A DNA stretch of 64,000 nucleotides from Solimonas flava (GTDB taxonomy: Bacteria > Pseudomonadota > Gammaproteobacteria > Nevskiales > Nevskiaceae), in the NCBI GenBank assembly GCA_040391865.1, contig JBEBWZ010000002.1, forward strand, positions 5,446 through 69,445, in the 5' to 3' direction. The notes under the pieces are model-generated. The model did no database searches, was not told the origin of the DNA, and saw only the letters and a list, made by a program, of their open reading frames with translations. Positions 28,280 through 37,791 of the stretch are shown here, in pieces. A program made the position numbers and the translations under genes. Each line of letters starts with the position of its first letter. Within the stretch, counting starts at the first letter, position 1.

Positions 28280-29662
28280 TCAGCGACGGCCCGCGGCAAG
28301 AATCACCTGGGCCAGGCGCGGATAGTCGCCGTTGAAATGATGTCCGCCGGGCAGCACCACGATGCGGTGGTGGGCGCGATCCAGTCCTGCGCAGCCCGAT
28401 TCATCGTCGTCGCTGCAGATCAGCAGCACGCGCGGATCGTCCGCCAGCCGCGCCAGCTCCGGCGCGGTTGCGTCGGTGCCGCTACGACCGATCCAGTTGC
28501 TGAGATGGAATTCGAATGCGGCCTGCGTGCCGATCGCCATCGGTACCGCCAGGCGCACTTTCGCGGCACTGTCCGCCGGCAACCGATTGAGCGCGAACGG
28601 CAGCACATCGGCTCCTTGCGAATAGCCGAGCAGCCAGACCTCGCGCTTGTGCCAGCGCTGCAGATAGTGCTGGATCACCCGGTGCAGGTCCTGCGCCAGA
28701 CCGTCCGGCGTGCGCGCACGCCAGAAGTAGCGCAGCGAATCCAGACCCACGACCGGAACACCGTGTCGTGCCAGCGCTGCCGCGATGTCCTTGTCGAGCC
28801 CGGCCCAACCGCCGTCGCCGGAAATCAGGATCGCCAGCGCCGCGCCCTCGCCCGTCGCCGTGACTTCGACCAGGGGCAGATCGGCAACGTCGGCCGCCAC
28901 CACCGCCGGCACCGTCCGTGCAGCGGCGGCCAGTGGCGCATACGCCTGGCGCAGCGCCACCTGCCATGGCCCCCACGGCCGCAGCGTTCCGTCCGCGGCC
29001 GCGACAGTGATCAGTTGCGCGCCACGGGTCTCGCCGACAAACGCGCGCAATGCGGCCGGCGGATGCGCGCGATCCCGTTCACCCTGCAGGATCCGCAGCG
29101 GATCGCCCAGCGTGCGGTTGGCCTGCAGGCCATTGCCCTGGGGGCCGACCTTCACCTGCAGCGCCTTGCCGGCACACAGCGGTTTCAGCAGCGGCAGCTG
29201 CGGTTCGAACGCCAGCGCGACCGCGCCGGCAAAGGTCCCCGTGCCGGCCTGCGACAGTGCCGCGTAGGCCAGCGCGCCGCCCGCTTCGTAACCCACCAGC
29301 ACCGGTGCGCGGTAGTCGCGCAGTTGCGCGTAGGCCTGCACGAAGCGGCTGAGGTTGTCGAGATCCCCGGCCGGCAGCACGCAGGCATCGCCATCACTCG
29401 CCAGCGTCTGCAACAGTGGCGGCAGATCGATCCCGATCACCAGCGCCTGCTGCGCGACCAATGTGCGCGCCATCCCGTCGCTGTCGATGTTCCAGCCCTG
29501 TGCGCCGGAGAACAGCAACGCCACCGAGGTCGGCGCGGCGGCGGGACGGTACACGCGCAGGGTTTCAAAGCGCCCGTGCGACACCACCTCCGGTGGCGCG
29601 GCCTGCAGCAGTGGCGCCAGCAGCAGCAGGACCAGCAGGCACCATGCGCGGCCGCGCATCAT
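28280..29662 (-). CDS. acvB: AcvB/VirJ-family protein (probable aminoacyl-phosphatidylglycerol hydrolase)
   Basis: ATG at 29662 overlaps the mprF stop (ATGA). MMRGRAWCLLVLLLLAPLLQAAP signal peptide. Two alpha/beta-hydrolase-like halves (ALLFSGAQGW...; AILISGDGGWAGLDKDIA...LLGYSQGADVLPF). The 372-aa N-terminal extension in the ORF track is rejected. Confidence 0.8.
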   Translation of the reverse strand: MMRGRAWCLLVLLLLAPLLQAAPPEVVSHGRFETLRVYRPAAAPTSVALLFSGAQGWNIDSDGMARTLVAQQALVIGIDLPPLLQTLASDGDACVLPAGDLDNLSRFVQAYAQLRDYRAPVLVGYEAGGALAYAALSQAGTGTFAGAVALAFEPQLPLLKPLCAGKALQVKVGPQGNGLQANRTLGDPLRILQGERDRAHPPAALRAFVGETRGAQLITVAAADGTLRPWGPWQVALRQAYAPLAAAARTVPAVVAADVADLPLVEVTATGEGAALAILISGDGGWAGLDKDIAAALARHGVPVVGLDSLRYFWRARTPDGLAQDLHRVIQHYLQRWHKREVWLLGYSQGADVLPFALNRLPADSAAKVRLAVPMAIGTQAAFEFHLSNWIGRSGTDATAPELARLADDPRVLLICSDDDESGCAGLDRAHHRIVVLPGGHHFNGDYPRLAQVILAAGRR

Positions 29663-32262
29663 CTTCCGATCACGCCGCGCAGGCCGCCGCTGCTCAGCGC
29701 CGCGATATCGGCCAACGCGATGAATGGCTGCACGCCGCCGGGCGTGCACAGATAGCGCGGCTCCCAGCTGGGCTCGAACTTCTCCTTGAACGCGCGCAGG
29801 CCGCGGAAGTTGTAGAACTGTTCGCCGTGGCGGAACAGCAGATTGCCGAAGCGATGCCAGCGCGAACTCAGCGGGTGCTGCTTCAGGCCGGACAATGGCG
29901 CCATGCCCAGTCCGAAGCGCGTGTAACCCAGCGCCTGGTGATGCAGGATCAGTTGCACGACCAGGTAATCCATGGCGCCGCGCGGCGCATCGCGGCCGTA
30001 GCGCATCAGGTCGACCGCCGCCTCGCCACCGTTCGGCGCATCCAGCAAGGAGGCAAACGCGACGATGCGCTGCTGGCAGCGCACCAGCGCCATGGGAAAC
30101 CGGCACAGGTAATCCGCGTTGAACGCCCCCAGCGAAAAGCTTTTTTCCTGCGCTCGGTGCTGCGCCAGCCACTGCTCGGAGATCGCCTGCAACTGCGGCA
30201 GCAGCGGTGCGACTGCGGCCGCGCCGATCACCTCGAAGCTCATGCCCTCGCGCTCGCCCTTGCTGATCGCCTGCCGCATCGGCGCCCGCTGCGAGCCCTT
30301 GAGGCTGAAGCTGTGCAGCGGCACGCTGGCGTACTCGCCAAGCTTCAGCGCCTGCAAACCGGCATCGAGATACAGCGACAGCTGCTCCGGCTGCACCTGA
30401 TAGAACGCCGCGCGGCCGCCATGCTCGGCGGCCAGTTCCACGAAATCCCAGATCAGTTCCGGCCATTCCTCCAGCGGCCCGACCGGGTCGTACAGCGACA
30501 CCCAGGTGCGGCCGTTCTTGCCGTACATGATGAAGGCGCGGCCGGAAGCCGAGAACAGGAAATGCTTGTCGGCCATCAGCGCCAGGCCGGCATCGGCGCG
30601 CGACTGCGCATGCACGATCGCCGCGGCTCGCGCCAGTTCTTCCGGCGTCGGCGGATGCACCTTGCCGGAGGCCGGTCGCAGCCATTGCCACAGCACCAGC
30701 ACCAGCGCCAGCAGGCTCACCGCCAGCGTGGCGCGCAAGCTGCGCGGCGCATGCGCATCGAACGCGAACTGCCACCACAGGTCATCGGTGTACGGCACGT
30801 CGCGATAGACGAAGAACAGCAGCCAGGCCATCGCCGCCACGCTCAGCGCAAGGGTCACCAGCCAGCCGCCGGTGAACGCCTGCGCGAACAGCGAAGCGCT
30901 GCGCGAGAATTCCTTGCGCGTCGCGATCAGGGCCACGATCAGCACTCCCAGCACCAGCATCTCGGTCAGCGCCAGGCCCTTGGGGATCGCCAGCAGAAAA
31001 CTGAAGCCCGCCAGCAGCAGCGTCATCCACCACGCGGCATCCAGGCGTCGCAACAGGCCGCGCGCCGCAAACAGCAGCGCCAGACCGATGACACTACCGA
31101 GAAAGTGCGCGGACTCCACCAGCGGCAGCGGCACGGCCATCGACAACAGCGCGATCGCCTGATCGCTGGCGGGAATCACGCCGGAGATCAGCAGCATCAA
31201 TCCGACGATCAGGGTCATCGCCGCCAGCAGCAGCGGGCTGGTGCGGGTAGCCGCGCGCGCGAGGCTGCCACCCAGCGCGGCGCGCAATTCGTGCAGGCCC
31301 AGCACCAGCATGGCCAGCAACAGCGGCACCACGAAATAGATCACGCGATACAGCACCAGCGCGCCGGCCACCGCTTCCACCGGCACCCGTCCGCCGTAGG
31401 CCAGCAGGATCACTGCCTCGAACACCCCGAGCCCGCCCGGGACATGGCTGATGACACCGAGCGCGATGCCGATCGCATAGAACGCGAGGAAGCCGCCGAA
31501 ACCGATCGGCGCTTCCGGCAGCAGCACCCAGAGCGCGAGGCCGGCGAACAGGATGTCGATGGCCGAAATCAGGATCTGCTGCGATGCCAGCCCCGCGCTC
31601 GGCAATCGCAGCGGCCAGCGCCCAAACAACTGCACCTCGCGTCTGCGCACGCACATCGCAATAAACGCGACAGCCAGCACCAACACCAGCAGCGCCAGCA
31701 CCCGTATCGGGATCGCCGCCAGCGGCATCACCGTGGACACGATCGGTGCCGCCCAGATCAGTGCCACCGCACCGACCACGGTGATGCCGATGCCGAAACC
31801 GGCGGTGATGAATCCGATGGCGCGTGCCACCGCACCGGCCTCGACCCCGGCGGCGGTATAGATGCGGTAACGCACCGCACCGCCGGTGAGCACGCCGAGG
31901 CCGATGGTATTGCCGAGAGCGTAGGCGCAGAACGAGGCCATGCCCACCACGGCACGCGGCACCCGCGCGCCGGCGTAGCGCAGGCCGGTGTAGTCGTAAC
32001 CCATCAGCGCCAGATAGCTGGCGGCGGTCGCGAGCAGTGCCAGCGCGACATCGGTCCGAGGGGTGGCGGCGATCGCGGCGGCGACCTGGGCATAACTCAC
32101 TTCACCCAGCAGGCCGCGTACTGCGGCGAACAGCATGCCGCCGACCAGCAACGCAAACAGCCACGGCAGGATATGCAGCAGCCACCGCCACCCACGCTCG
32201 GTCTCGGCTTCCGGCTCAGGGGGTTTGGGGGCAATGTTTTGCGTCATCAGGACGCGGATCAT
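29659..32262 (-). CDS. mprF: MprF/LpiA-type bifunctional aminoacyl-phosphatidylglycerol flippase/synthase
   Basis: Many N-terminal TM helices plus a C-terminal DUF2156-type synthase domain (FIMYGKNGRTWVSLYDPVG...FYQV...SFSLGAF...AVDLMRY...GYTRFGLGMAPLSGL...FYNFRGLRAFKEKF). Start is uncertain (ATG 32262, 32247 or 32316). Confidence 0.85.
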   Translation of the reverse strand: MIRVLMTQNIAPKPPEPEAETERGWRWLLHILPWLFALLVGGMLFAAVRGLLGEVSYAQVAAAIAATPRTDVALALLATAASYLALMGYDYTGLRYAGARVPRAVVGMASFCAYALGNTIGLGVLTGGAVRYRIYTAAGVEAGAVARAIGFITAGFGIGITVVGAVALIWAAPIVSTVMPLAAIPIRVLALLVLVLAVAFIAMCVRRREVQLFGRWPLRLPSAGLASQQILISAIDILFAGLALWVLLPEAPIGFGGFLAFYAIGIALGVISHVPGGLGVFEAVILLAYGGRVPVEAVAGALVLYRVIYFVVPLLLAMLVLGLHELRAALGGSLARAATRTSPLLLAAMTLIVGLMLLISGVIPASDQAIALLSMAVPLPLVESAHFLGSVIGLALLFAARGLLRRLDAAWWMTLLLAGFSFLLAIPKGLALTEMLVLGVLIVALIATRKEFSRSASLFAQAFTGGWLVTLALSVAAMAWLLFFVYRDVPYTDDLWWQFAFDAHAPRSLRATLAVSLLALVLVLWQWLRPASGKVHPPTPEELARAAAIVHAQSRADAGLALMADKHFLFSASGRAFIMYGKNGRTWVSLYDPVGPLEEWPELIWDFVELAAEHGGRAAFYQVQPEQLSLYLDAGLQALKLGEYASVPLHSFSLKGSQRAPMRQAISKGEREGMSFEVIGAAAVAPLLPQLQAISEQWLAQHRAQEKSFSLGAFNADYLCRFPMALVRCQQRIVAFASLLDAPNGGEAAVDLMRYGRDAPRGAMDYLVVQLILHHQALGYTRFGLGMAPLSGLKQHPLSSRWHRFGNLLFRHGEQFYNFRGLRAFKEKFEPSWEPRYLCTPGGVQPFIALADIAALSSGGLRGVIGR

Positions 32263-32364
32263 GCCCGATTCCCCGGCCGCTACGGCAGCCCCCGGGGACC
32301 GCCGGGCGGACGTCATCCGTTTCCGGTATCGCAATGCAGCATTTCTGCCTACACTCGGGCCGCC

Positions 32365-33861
32365 ATGAGGAATCCACCCCGCACCGCCCGCCGCCTGATC
32401 GATCAGCGTCTGCTCGATCTGGCGCACGCCGACGACTACGCCAGCTGGAAGGAGATCGCGCTCGATCTCGACCGCCTCGAAGGCGCCGATGTCTGGAAGC
32501 AGGACGAGACCAGCGACGATTACGACTATCTGCTGCTGCGCGAGCGGCTCGCCGAGTTACGCGAATTGCGCCGCCGCGCCGATGTGCGCGAACTGGCGTT
32601 CGACCTGTACGACGGCCTGCACGGCAATCTCGGCAACATGTCGAACCGCGCGCTCTATGCCTGCTCGCGCGTCGGCACCAAGCGGCTGATCGAGGAATAC
32701 GTCGAAGAAGTCGCGCGCTGTCTCGATTTCATCTGCGCCGGCGACTTTCCCGATTTTCCGCTCGAGGAAAAGATCCAGTTCTTCAAGCGCACCGCCACCG
32801 CCTTCGGACGCTCGGCGCTGATGCTGTCCGGCGGCGGCACCCTGGGCATGTTCCATCTCGGCGTGATCAAGGCGCTGCATGAACAGCAGTTGCTGCCGCG
32901 GGTGCTGTCCGGCTCGTCGGCCGGCAGCATCATCGCCAGCGCCGTCGCCGTGCGCCGCGACGAAGAACTCGACGCGATGCTGCAACCGGGCGGGCTCGAT
33001 CTCGATGCGTTCAAGGCGCTGAGCCTGGCCGATGTCCTGAAAGGCGGCGCGATGATGGACGGCGCGCAACTCGAGCGCTGCCTCGCCGCCAATCTCGGCG
33101 AACACAATTTCGTCGATGCCTTCGAGCGTACCCACCGCATCGTCAGCGTCACCGTGTCGCCGGCCGAGCCGCACCAGCAGGGCCGCATGCTCAACTACCT
33201 GACCGCGCCGCATGTGCTGATGCGCCGTGCGGTGCTCGCCTCCTGCGCGGTGCCCGGCGTGTTCCCGCCGGTGATGCTGGAGTCGCGCGATTTCGATGGC
33301 CGCATCGTGCCGTACATGCCCAGCAAGCGCTGGGTCGACGGCTCGCTGTCATCGGATCTGCCGATGCTGCGGCTGGCGCGGCTGCACAACGTCAACCATT
33401 ACATCGTCAGCCAGACCAACCCGCATGTGGTGCCGTTCCTGTCGCAGATCGAACGCGAAGCGATGGCGCGCCGTGGTCTGGCACCACTGGCGCGGGAGCT
33501 GGTGCGCCACGGCAGCCGCGGCGCGCTGCAACTGGCACGCAAGCACCTCGATCCCTATGGCGGCGGACGCGTGCTCGGCAAGCTCGACAACATCGTGCGC
33601 CAGCGCTACTCCGGCGACGTCAACATCTTTCCGCAATACACGCAGCAGCGCGTCACGCGCGTGTTCTCGAACCCCAGCGAGGACGATATCCGCGGCTACA
33701 TCCGCCAAGGCGAACGCGCCACCTGGCCATCGCTGGAGCGCATCCGCGTGCAGACGCGCATCTCGCGCAGCTTCGAGGACTGCATCCGCCTGCTGAAGGA
33801 ACGCGAGCACACGCAGATCAAACCGCGCCCACGCAAGCTGCGCGTGGTCCAGGCGCAATAA
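32365..33861 (+). CDS. patatin-like phospholipase with N-terminal DUF3336-like region
   Basis: ATG at 32365. LMLSGGGTLGMFHLGVIKAL (oxyanion GGG), LSGSSAGSIIA (GxSxG nucleophile), WVDGSLSSDLP (catalytic Asp). The remainder of the 1481-aa ORF-track entry is antisense to mprF and is rejected. Confidence 0.85.
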   Translation: MRNPPRTARRLIDQRLLDLAHADDYASWKEIALDLDRLEGADVWKQDETSDDYDYLLLRERLAELRELRRRADVRELAFDLYDGLHGNLGNMSNRALYACSRVGTKRLIEEYVEEVARCLDFICAGDFPDFPLEEKIQFFKRTATAFGRSALMLSGGGTLGMFHLGVIKALHEQQLLPRVLSGSSAGSIIASAVAVRRDEELDAMLQPGGLDLDAFKALSLADVLKGGAMMDGAQLERCLAANLGEHNFVDAFERTHRIVSVTVSPAEPHQQGRMLNYLTAPHVLMRRAVLASCAVPGVFPPVMLESRDFDGRIVPYMPSKRWVDGSLSSDLPMLRLARLHNVNHYIVSQTNPHVVPFLSQIEREAMARRGLAPLARELVRHGSRGALQLARKHLDPYGGGRVLGKLDNIVRQRYSGDVNIFPQYTQQRVTRVFSNPSEDDIRGYIRQGERATWPSLERIRVQTRISRSFEDCIRLLKEREHTQIKPRPRKLRVVQAQ

Positions 33862-33886
33862 GCCCCGGCCCCTTGCGGGCCGGGGC
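33862..33886. terminator. GC hairpin between convergent patatin and mscL genes
   Basis: GCCCCGGCCC-cttgc-GGGCCGGGGC, a perfect 10-bp stem with no clear U-tract on either side. Confidence 0.5.
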
Positions 33887-33898
33887 CACGTCCAGCGG

Positions 33899-34300
33899 TT
33901 ACTTCTGCTTCAGCAGATCGCGGATTTCGGTCAGCAGCTGCTGATCGGGGGTCGGTCCGGCCGGGGCCGCTTCCACTTCCGGCTGCTGCCGCTTCAGGCG
34001 ATTGATGCCCTTGATCGCCATGAAGATCGCAAACGCGATGATGATGAAATCGAAGATCGTCTGGATGAACTTGCCGTAGGACAGCAGCACTGCCGCCTGA
34101 TCACCCTGTGCCGCCTTGAGCGTGATCGCGAGATCGGAGAAATCCACCCCGCCCACCGCCAGACCGATCAGCGGCGTGATCACGTCCGCCACCAGCGACG
34201 TCACGATCTTGCCGAAGGCCGCGCCGATGACCACACCGACGGCGAGGTCCATGACGTTGCCACGCATCGCAAACTCTTTGAACTCTTTGATCATGCTCAT
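33899..34300 (-). CDS. mscL: large-conductance mechanosensitive channel
   Basis: 133 aa. [46 protein letters not shown]... is the canonical MscL N-terminus. Confidence 0.95.
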   Translation of the reverse strand: MSMIKEFKEFAMRGNVMDLAVGVVIGAAFGKIVTSLVADVITPLIGLAVGGVDFSDLAITLKAAQGDQAAVLLSYGKFIQTIFDFIIIAFAIFMAIKGINRLKRQQPEVEAAPAGPTPDQQLLTEIRDLLKQK

Positions 34301-34378
34301 CGGCCGACTCCTGCTGGGGACAAGGGTTGTTGAAAAACGATCCGGGAATTCTACGCAAGCCTGCCGCGCGCCGTCGCC

Positions 34379-35248
34379 CTAGAGCGAGGCCGGCAATCCC
34401 GACGCCAGATCCGGATGGCGCGGCACAAAGCCCAACTCATCGCGCATGCGCGTGGTCTGCAGCCGCTTCGACTCCTCCATGAACGACCACATCGCCGGCG
34501 TGAACACGCGGCGCGCTTCGTCCAGATCGACTTCCGTCGGCAACGGCAGGCCCAGCAACTGCGCACAGCGGGTGAAGTAATCGGCCATCGTCGTGGGATT
34601 GCCATCCGCGATGTTGTAGGCGCGGCCGGCAACGCCGCGTACTGCGGCATGCAGCGCCGCCTCCGCCAGGTCATCCGCGTGAATGCGATTGGTGTACGGC
34701 GACTGCTCCGCACGCAGCACCGGCATGCCGCGCTGCAGACGTTCCCGCGGCAAGCGCCCCGGACCGTAGATACCCGGCACCCGCAGGATCACCACCTCGC
34801 CACCGCCGGCAGCGGACCACTGCAGTAGAGCGTGCTCCGCATCCACGCGTCGGTGCGCACGCTCACTCTGCGGCTTGAACGGCTCGTCCTCGTCGATCCA
34901 GCGACCTTCGCAATCGCCATAAACCCCGGACGTGGAGATGTAAACGATGCGTTCGATACGCCCGCGCTGCACCCGCAGCCACTGACGCAGGCGCGCGTCC
35001 TCACTGCCGCTGCCCGGTGGCGGCGCAAACCAGAACAGCAGCGGCCAGTCGCCGACATCCTGCGGTTGATCGAGGTCCTGCAACAGGATGCGCACACCGG
35101 CATCCTGCAGTGGCCGGCTTTTTTGCGGGTCCCGCAGGATTCCCGTAACCTCGCGGGCCCTCGCCGCGACGCGGCGCCCGACACGCAAGCCGATATCGCC
35201 GCAGCCGGCAATCAGCACGCGCGCGGGTAGTTGTTCGAGAGAGTTCAT
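34379..35248 (-). CDS. NAD(P)-binding SDR/epimerase-family protein
   Basis: 289 aa. N-terminal Rossmann motif VLIAGCGDIGLRVG. Extended-SDR-like YISTSGVYGD and YTNRIHADD. Confidence 0.75.
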   Translation of the reverse strand: MNSLEQLPARVLIAGCGDIGLRVGRRVAARAREVTGILRDPQKSRPLQDAGVRILLQDLDQPQDVGDWPLLFWFAPPPGSGSEDARLRQWLRVQRGRIERIVYISTSGVYGDCEGRWIDEDEPFKPQSERAHRRVDAEHALLQWSAAGGGEVVILRVPGIYGPGRLPRERLQRGMPVLRAEQSPYTNRIHADDLAEAALHAAVRGVAGRAYNIADGNPTTMADYFTRCAQLLGLPLPTEVDLDEARRVFTPAMWSFMEESKRLQTTRMRDELGFVPRHPDLASGLPASL

Positions 35249-36266
35249 GACGCATCAAGTGTATCTGGCGGGGCGCCCTCAGCGCTTCGAAGTCGCGGAA
35301 GGCGAAACCGTGCTGCAGGCCGGGCGGCGCCAGCATCTGGCAATGCCCTTCGGTTGTCAGTCCGGCGGCTGCGGCTCCTGTCGCGTGCGTCTGCTGCAAG
35401 GCACGGTGCAGTATCCCTTCCCACCACCTGCGCTGTCGGCTGCCGAAATCGACGCCGGCTATGTGCTGATGTGCCTGGCACAACCGACTTCCGATCTGAC
35501 CCTGGACCTGCATCAACCGCCGCAGATCGAAGCGCTGCGGCCACGGCAATCGCCGTGCCGCGTGCAGTCGCGCGAATGGCGTTGCCACGACGTGCTCGGG
35601 CTGACGCTGAAACTGCCGAAAGGCAACGACTTCCAGTACCTGCCGGGGCAATACATCGACCTGCTGCTCGACGAAGGTCGTCGCCGCAGCTTTTCGATCG
35701 CCAATGCGCCGAACCACGAGACGCTGGAACTGCACGTGCGCGTCACCCCCGGCGGCCGCTTCGCGCACTGGGCGGCACACGAGATGCCGGACAAGGCGAT
35801 CCTGCGTTTCGAAGGTCCACTGGGTGCGTTCTACCTGCGCGAGGATTCGCAGCGCCCGATCCTGATGATGGCCGGCGGCACCGGCATCTCGCCGCTGCAC
35901 GCGATGCTGCAGGACCTGACGCAGCGCGAGTTCACGCGCCCGGTGCATCTGTACTGGGGCGTGCGCGGCCAGCGCGATCTGTATCTGCACGAACAACTGC
36001 AGCGCTGGACCGAAACCCAGCCCGGCTTCCGCTACACCCCGGTGCTGTCGGAAGCCGATTCCGGCTGGAACGGCGCCACCGGCTTCGTGCACGAAGCGCT
36101 GCTGCGCGACTATCCGCAATTGAGCGGCTACGAAGCGTATCTCTCCGGCCCACCGGTGATGGTCCGCAGCGGCAAGGACGCCTTCCTCGATGCCGGCCTC
36201 GATGCCGATCACCTGTTCTACGACTCGTTCGACTACGCCTTCGAGACCTGGCCGACACTGGGGTAG
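35247..36266 (+). CDS. 2Fe-2S ferredoxin fused to an FNR-like FAD/NAD(P)-binding reductase (CDP-6-deoxy-delta-3,4-glucoseen-reductase-like)
   Basis: ATG at 35247. CQSGGCGSCRV...C plant-type 2Fe-2S motif, RSFSIA (RxYS-type FAD site), and MMAGGTGISP NAD(P) motif. Confidence 0.85.
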   Translation: MTHQVYLAGRPQRFEVAEGETVLQAGRRQHLAMPFGCQSGGCGSCRVRLLQGTVQYPFPPPALSAAEIDAGYVLMCLAQPTSDLTLDLHQPPQIEALRPRQSPCRVQSREWRCHDVLGLTLKLPKGNDFQYLPGQYIDLLLDEGRRRSFSIANAPNHETLELHVRVTPGGRFAHWAAHEMPDKAILRFEGPLGAFYLREDSQRPILMMAGGTGISPLHAMLQDLTQREFTRPVHLYWGVRGQRDLYLHEQLQRWTETQPGFRYTPVLSEADSGWNGATGFVHEALLRDYPQLSGYEAYLSGPPVMVRSGKDAFLDAGLDADHLFYDSFDYAFETWPTLG

Positions 36267-36284
36267 CGGATCACCTCGTGCGAA

Positions 36285-37736
36285 TCAGGCGCTCGCCAGA
36301 TTCTCGAAGCGGGTGAAAGCGCCCAGAAAGGCCGTGCGCACCGTATCAATCGGGCCGTTGCGCTGCTTGGCGATGATGATCTCCGCAGTCCCTCTGTGCT
36401 CGGAGTCCTTGTTGTAGACCTCGTCGCGGTAGATGAATGCGACCAAGTCCGCGTCCTGTTCAAGGCCACCGGATTCGCGCAAATCCGCCAGCCTGGGACG
36501 GCGATCCTCGCGCTGCTCCACGCTGCGGTTCAGCTGCGACAGCAGAATGATCGGCACCGCCAACTCCTTCGCCAGCGCTTTGAGGCTGCGGGAGATTTCC
36601 GCCATCTCGTTGGTGCGGTTTTCCTTGGTGCCGGGAATCTGCATCAGTTGCACATAGTCGATCACGATCAAGCCAAGCCCATACTGCTTCTTGATCCGGC
36701 GCGACCGTGCACGAATATCCAAAGGCGACAATGCGCCCTGCTCATCGATATGCATCGGCGCTTCGCGGATCGCGATGGCCTGCGACAGCCGGTCCCAGTC
36801 ACGGTCATCCAACTCGCCGCTGCGCAGTCGCGACATCGGCACCCGTGCAAACGAGGACAGAACCCTCAGTCCCAACTGCTCAGCCGGCATCTCCATGCTG
36901 AACACCAGCACGGTCTTGTGCTCATGAATGGCCACATGCTCGGCGACGTTCATCGCAAACGTGGTTTTGCCCATTGCAGGACGGCCCGCAATGATCACCA
37001 GATCGCCGGGATGAAGCCCCGTTGTCAGCTGATCAAAATCCCGGAATCCCGTCGGCAATCCTGCCAAGGCACCGGCGTTCTGAGCCAGCCGCTCCAGGTT
37101 CTGATCGACCAGGTCCATGACCTCGGACATGATCAGACTTGAAGATCGCCCCGATTCGCTGCGTGAACGCAGGGCGAACACCCGCTGCTCCGCCAGATCA
37201 AGCAACTCGGCGTGCGAACGACCCGCCGGCTGATAGCCGAGATCGGCAAGATCGGCGCTGGCATGCAGCAGCTCACGCAGAACCGCCCGCCCGCGGACAA
37301 TATCCGCATAGGCCAACACATTCGCCGACGTCGGTGTGTCATTGGCCAGCGAGCCGATATACGCAAGCCCACCTACATTTTCCAACTGGTCCTTGCCCTT
37401 CAGATGCTCGGACAAGGTGACAAAGTCGCAGGGCTGATTGCGATCGGACAGTTCGCAGATCGCTCGAAAGATCAGCCGATGATTTTCCGAGTAGAAGTCG
37501 GCCTGCGAGATCCGATCGGCAAGATCATCCCAGCAGCGATTGTCGAGCATCAACCCACCCAGAATGGCTTGCTCGGCCTCCAAAGAGAACGGCGGTGTTC
37601 GCGGCTGAGATGTAATTTTAGTCTGCAATGGAGTATCTGCCTTATCTGTAACGCTCAAGGGGGCCTTGAGCTCCCCAGCTGGGGACAGCGGCGGGGCAAA
37701 TAACGCTAGCTCCTGATGCGACAGTACACGTCGCAT
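36285..37736 (-). CDS. dnaB: replicative DNA helicase
   Basis: PPFSLEAEQAILGGLMLDN..., Walker A GRPAMGKTTFAMN, IVIDYVQLM, SLKALAKELAVPIILLSQLNR, and ...AEIIIAKQRNGP. Start is uncertain: ATG 37736 is reported here, a TTG near 37653 would give an E. coli-like N-terminus, and the ORF-track start at 37799 overlaps the upstream gene's stop. Confidence 0.9.
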   Translation of the reverse strand: MRRVLSHQELALFAPPLSPAGELKAPLSVTDKADTPLQTKITSQPRTPPFSLEAEQAILGGLMLDNRCWDDLADRISQADFYSENHRLIFRAICELSDRNQPCDFVTLSEHLKGKDQLENVGGLAYIGSLANDTPTSANVLAYADIVRGRAVLRELLHASADLADLGYQPAGRSHAELLDLAEQRVFALRSRSESGRSSSLIMSEVMDLVDQNLERLAQNAGALAGLPTGFRDFDQLTTGLHPGDLVIIAGRPAMGKTTFAMNVAEHVAIHEHKTVLVFSMEMPAEQLGLRVLSSFARVPMSRLRSGELDDRDWDRLSQAIAIREAPMHIDEQGALSPLDIRARSRRIKKQYGLGLIVIDYVQLMQIPGTKENRTNEMAEISRSLKALAKELAVPIILLSQLNRSVEQREDRRPRLADLRESGGLEQDADLVAFIYRDEVYNKDSEHRGTAEIIIAKQRNGPIDTVRTAFLGAFTRFENLASA

Positions 37737-37739
37737 CAG
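37713..37739 (-). promoter_or_regulatory. perfect 10-bp hairpin enclosing the candidate dnaB ATG / downstream of the island operon
   Basis: CTGATGCGAC-agtacac-GTCGCATCAG at 37713..37739. It lies 53 nt downstream of the last island gene's stop (37792) and contains the ATG at 37736. Confidence 0.45.
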
Positions 37740-37791
37740 ATAATCTTGAAAATCACCTCTCGAGAACCAGAAGAAACGACAAGCCAAGAGT

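Noticed and set aside
28280-30778. 832-aa version of the acvB ORF
   Set aside because: The N-terminal 372 codons overlap mprF in another frame and lack any signal peptide. The ATG at 29662 gives a clean signal peptide and an ATGA junction with mprF.
29416-33861. 1481-aa plus-strand ORF
   Set aside because: Its first ~980 codons run antisense to the well-supported mprF gene and are Arg/Gln/His-rich low-complexity sequence, typical of high-GC antisense frames. Only the last 498 codons (from ATG 32365) have patatin motifs.
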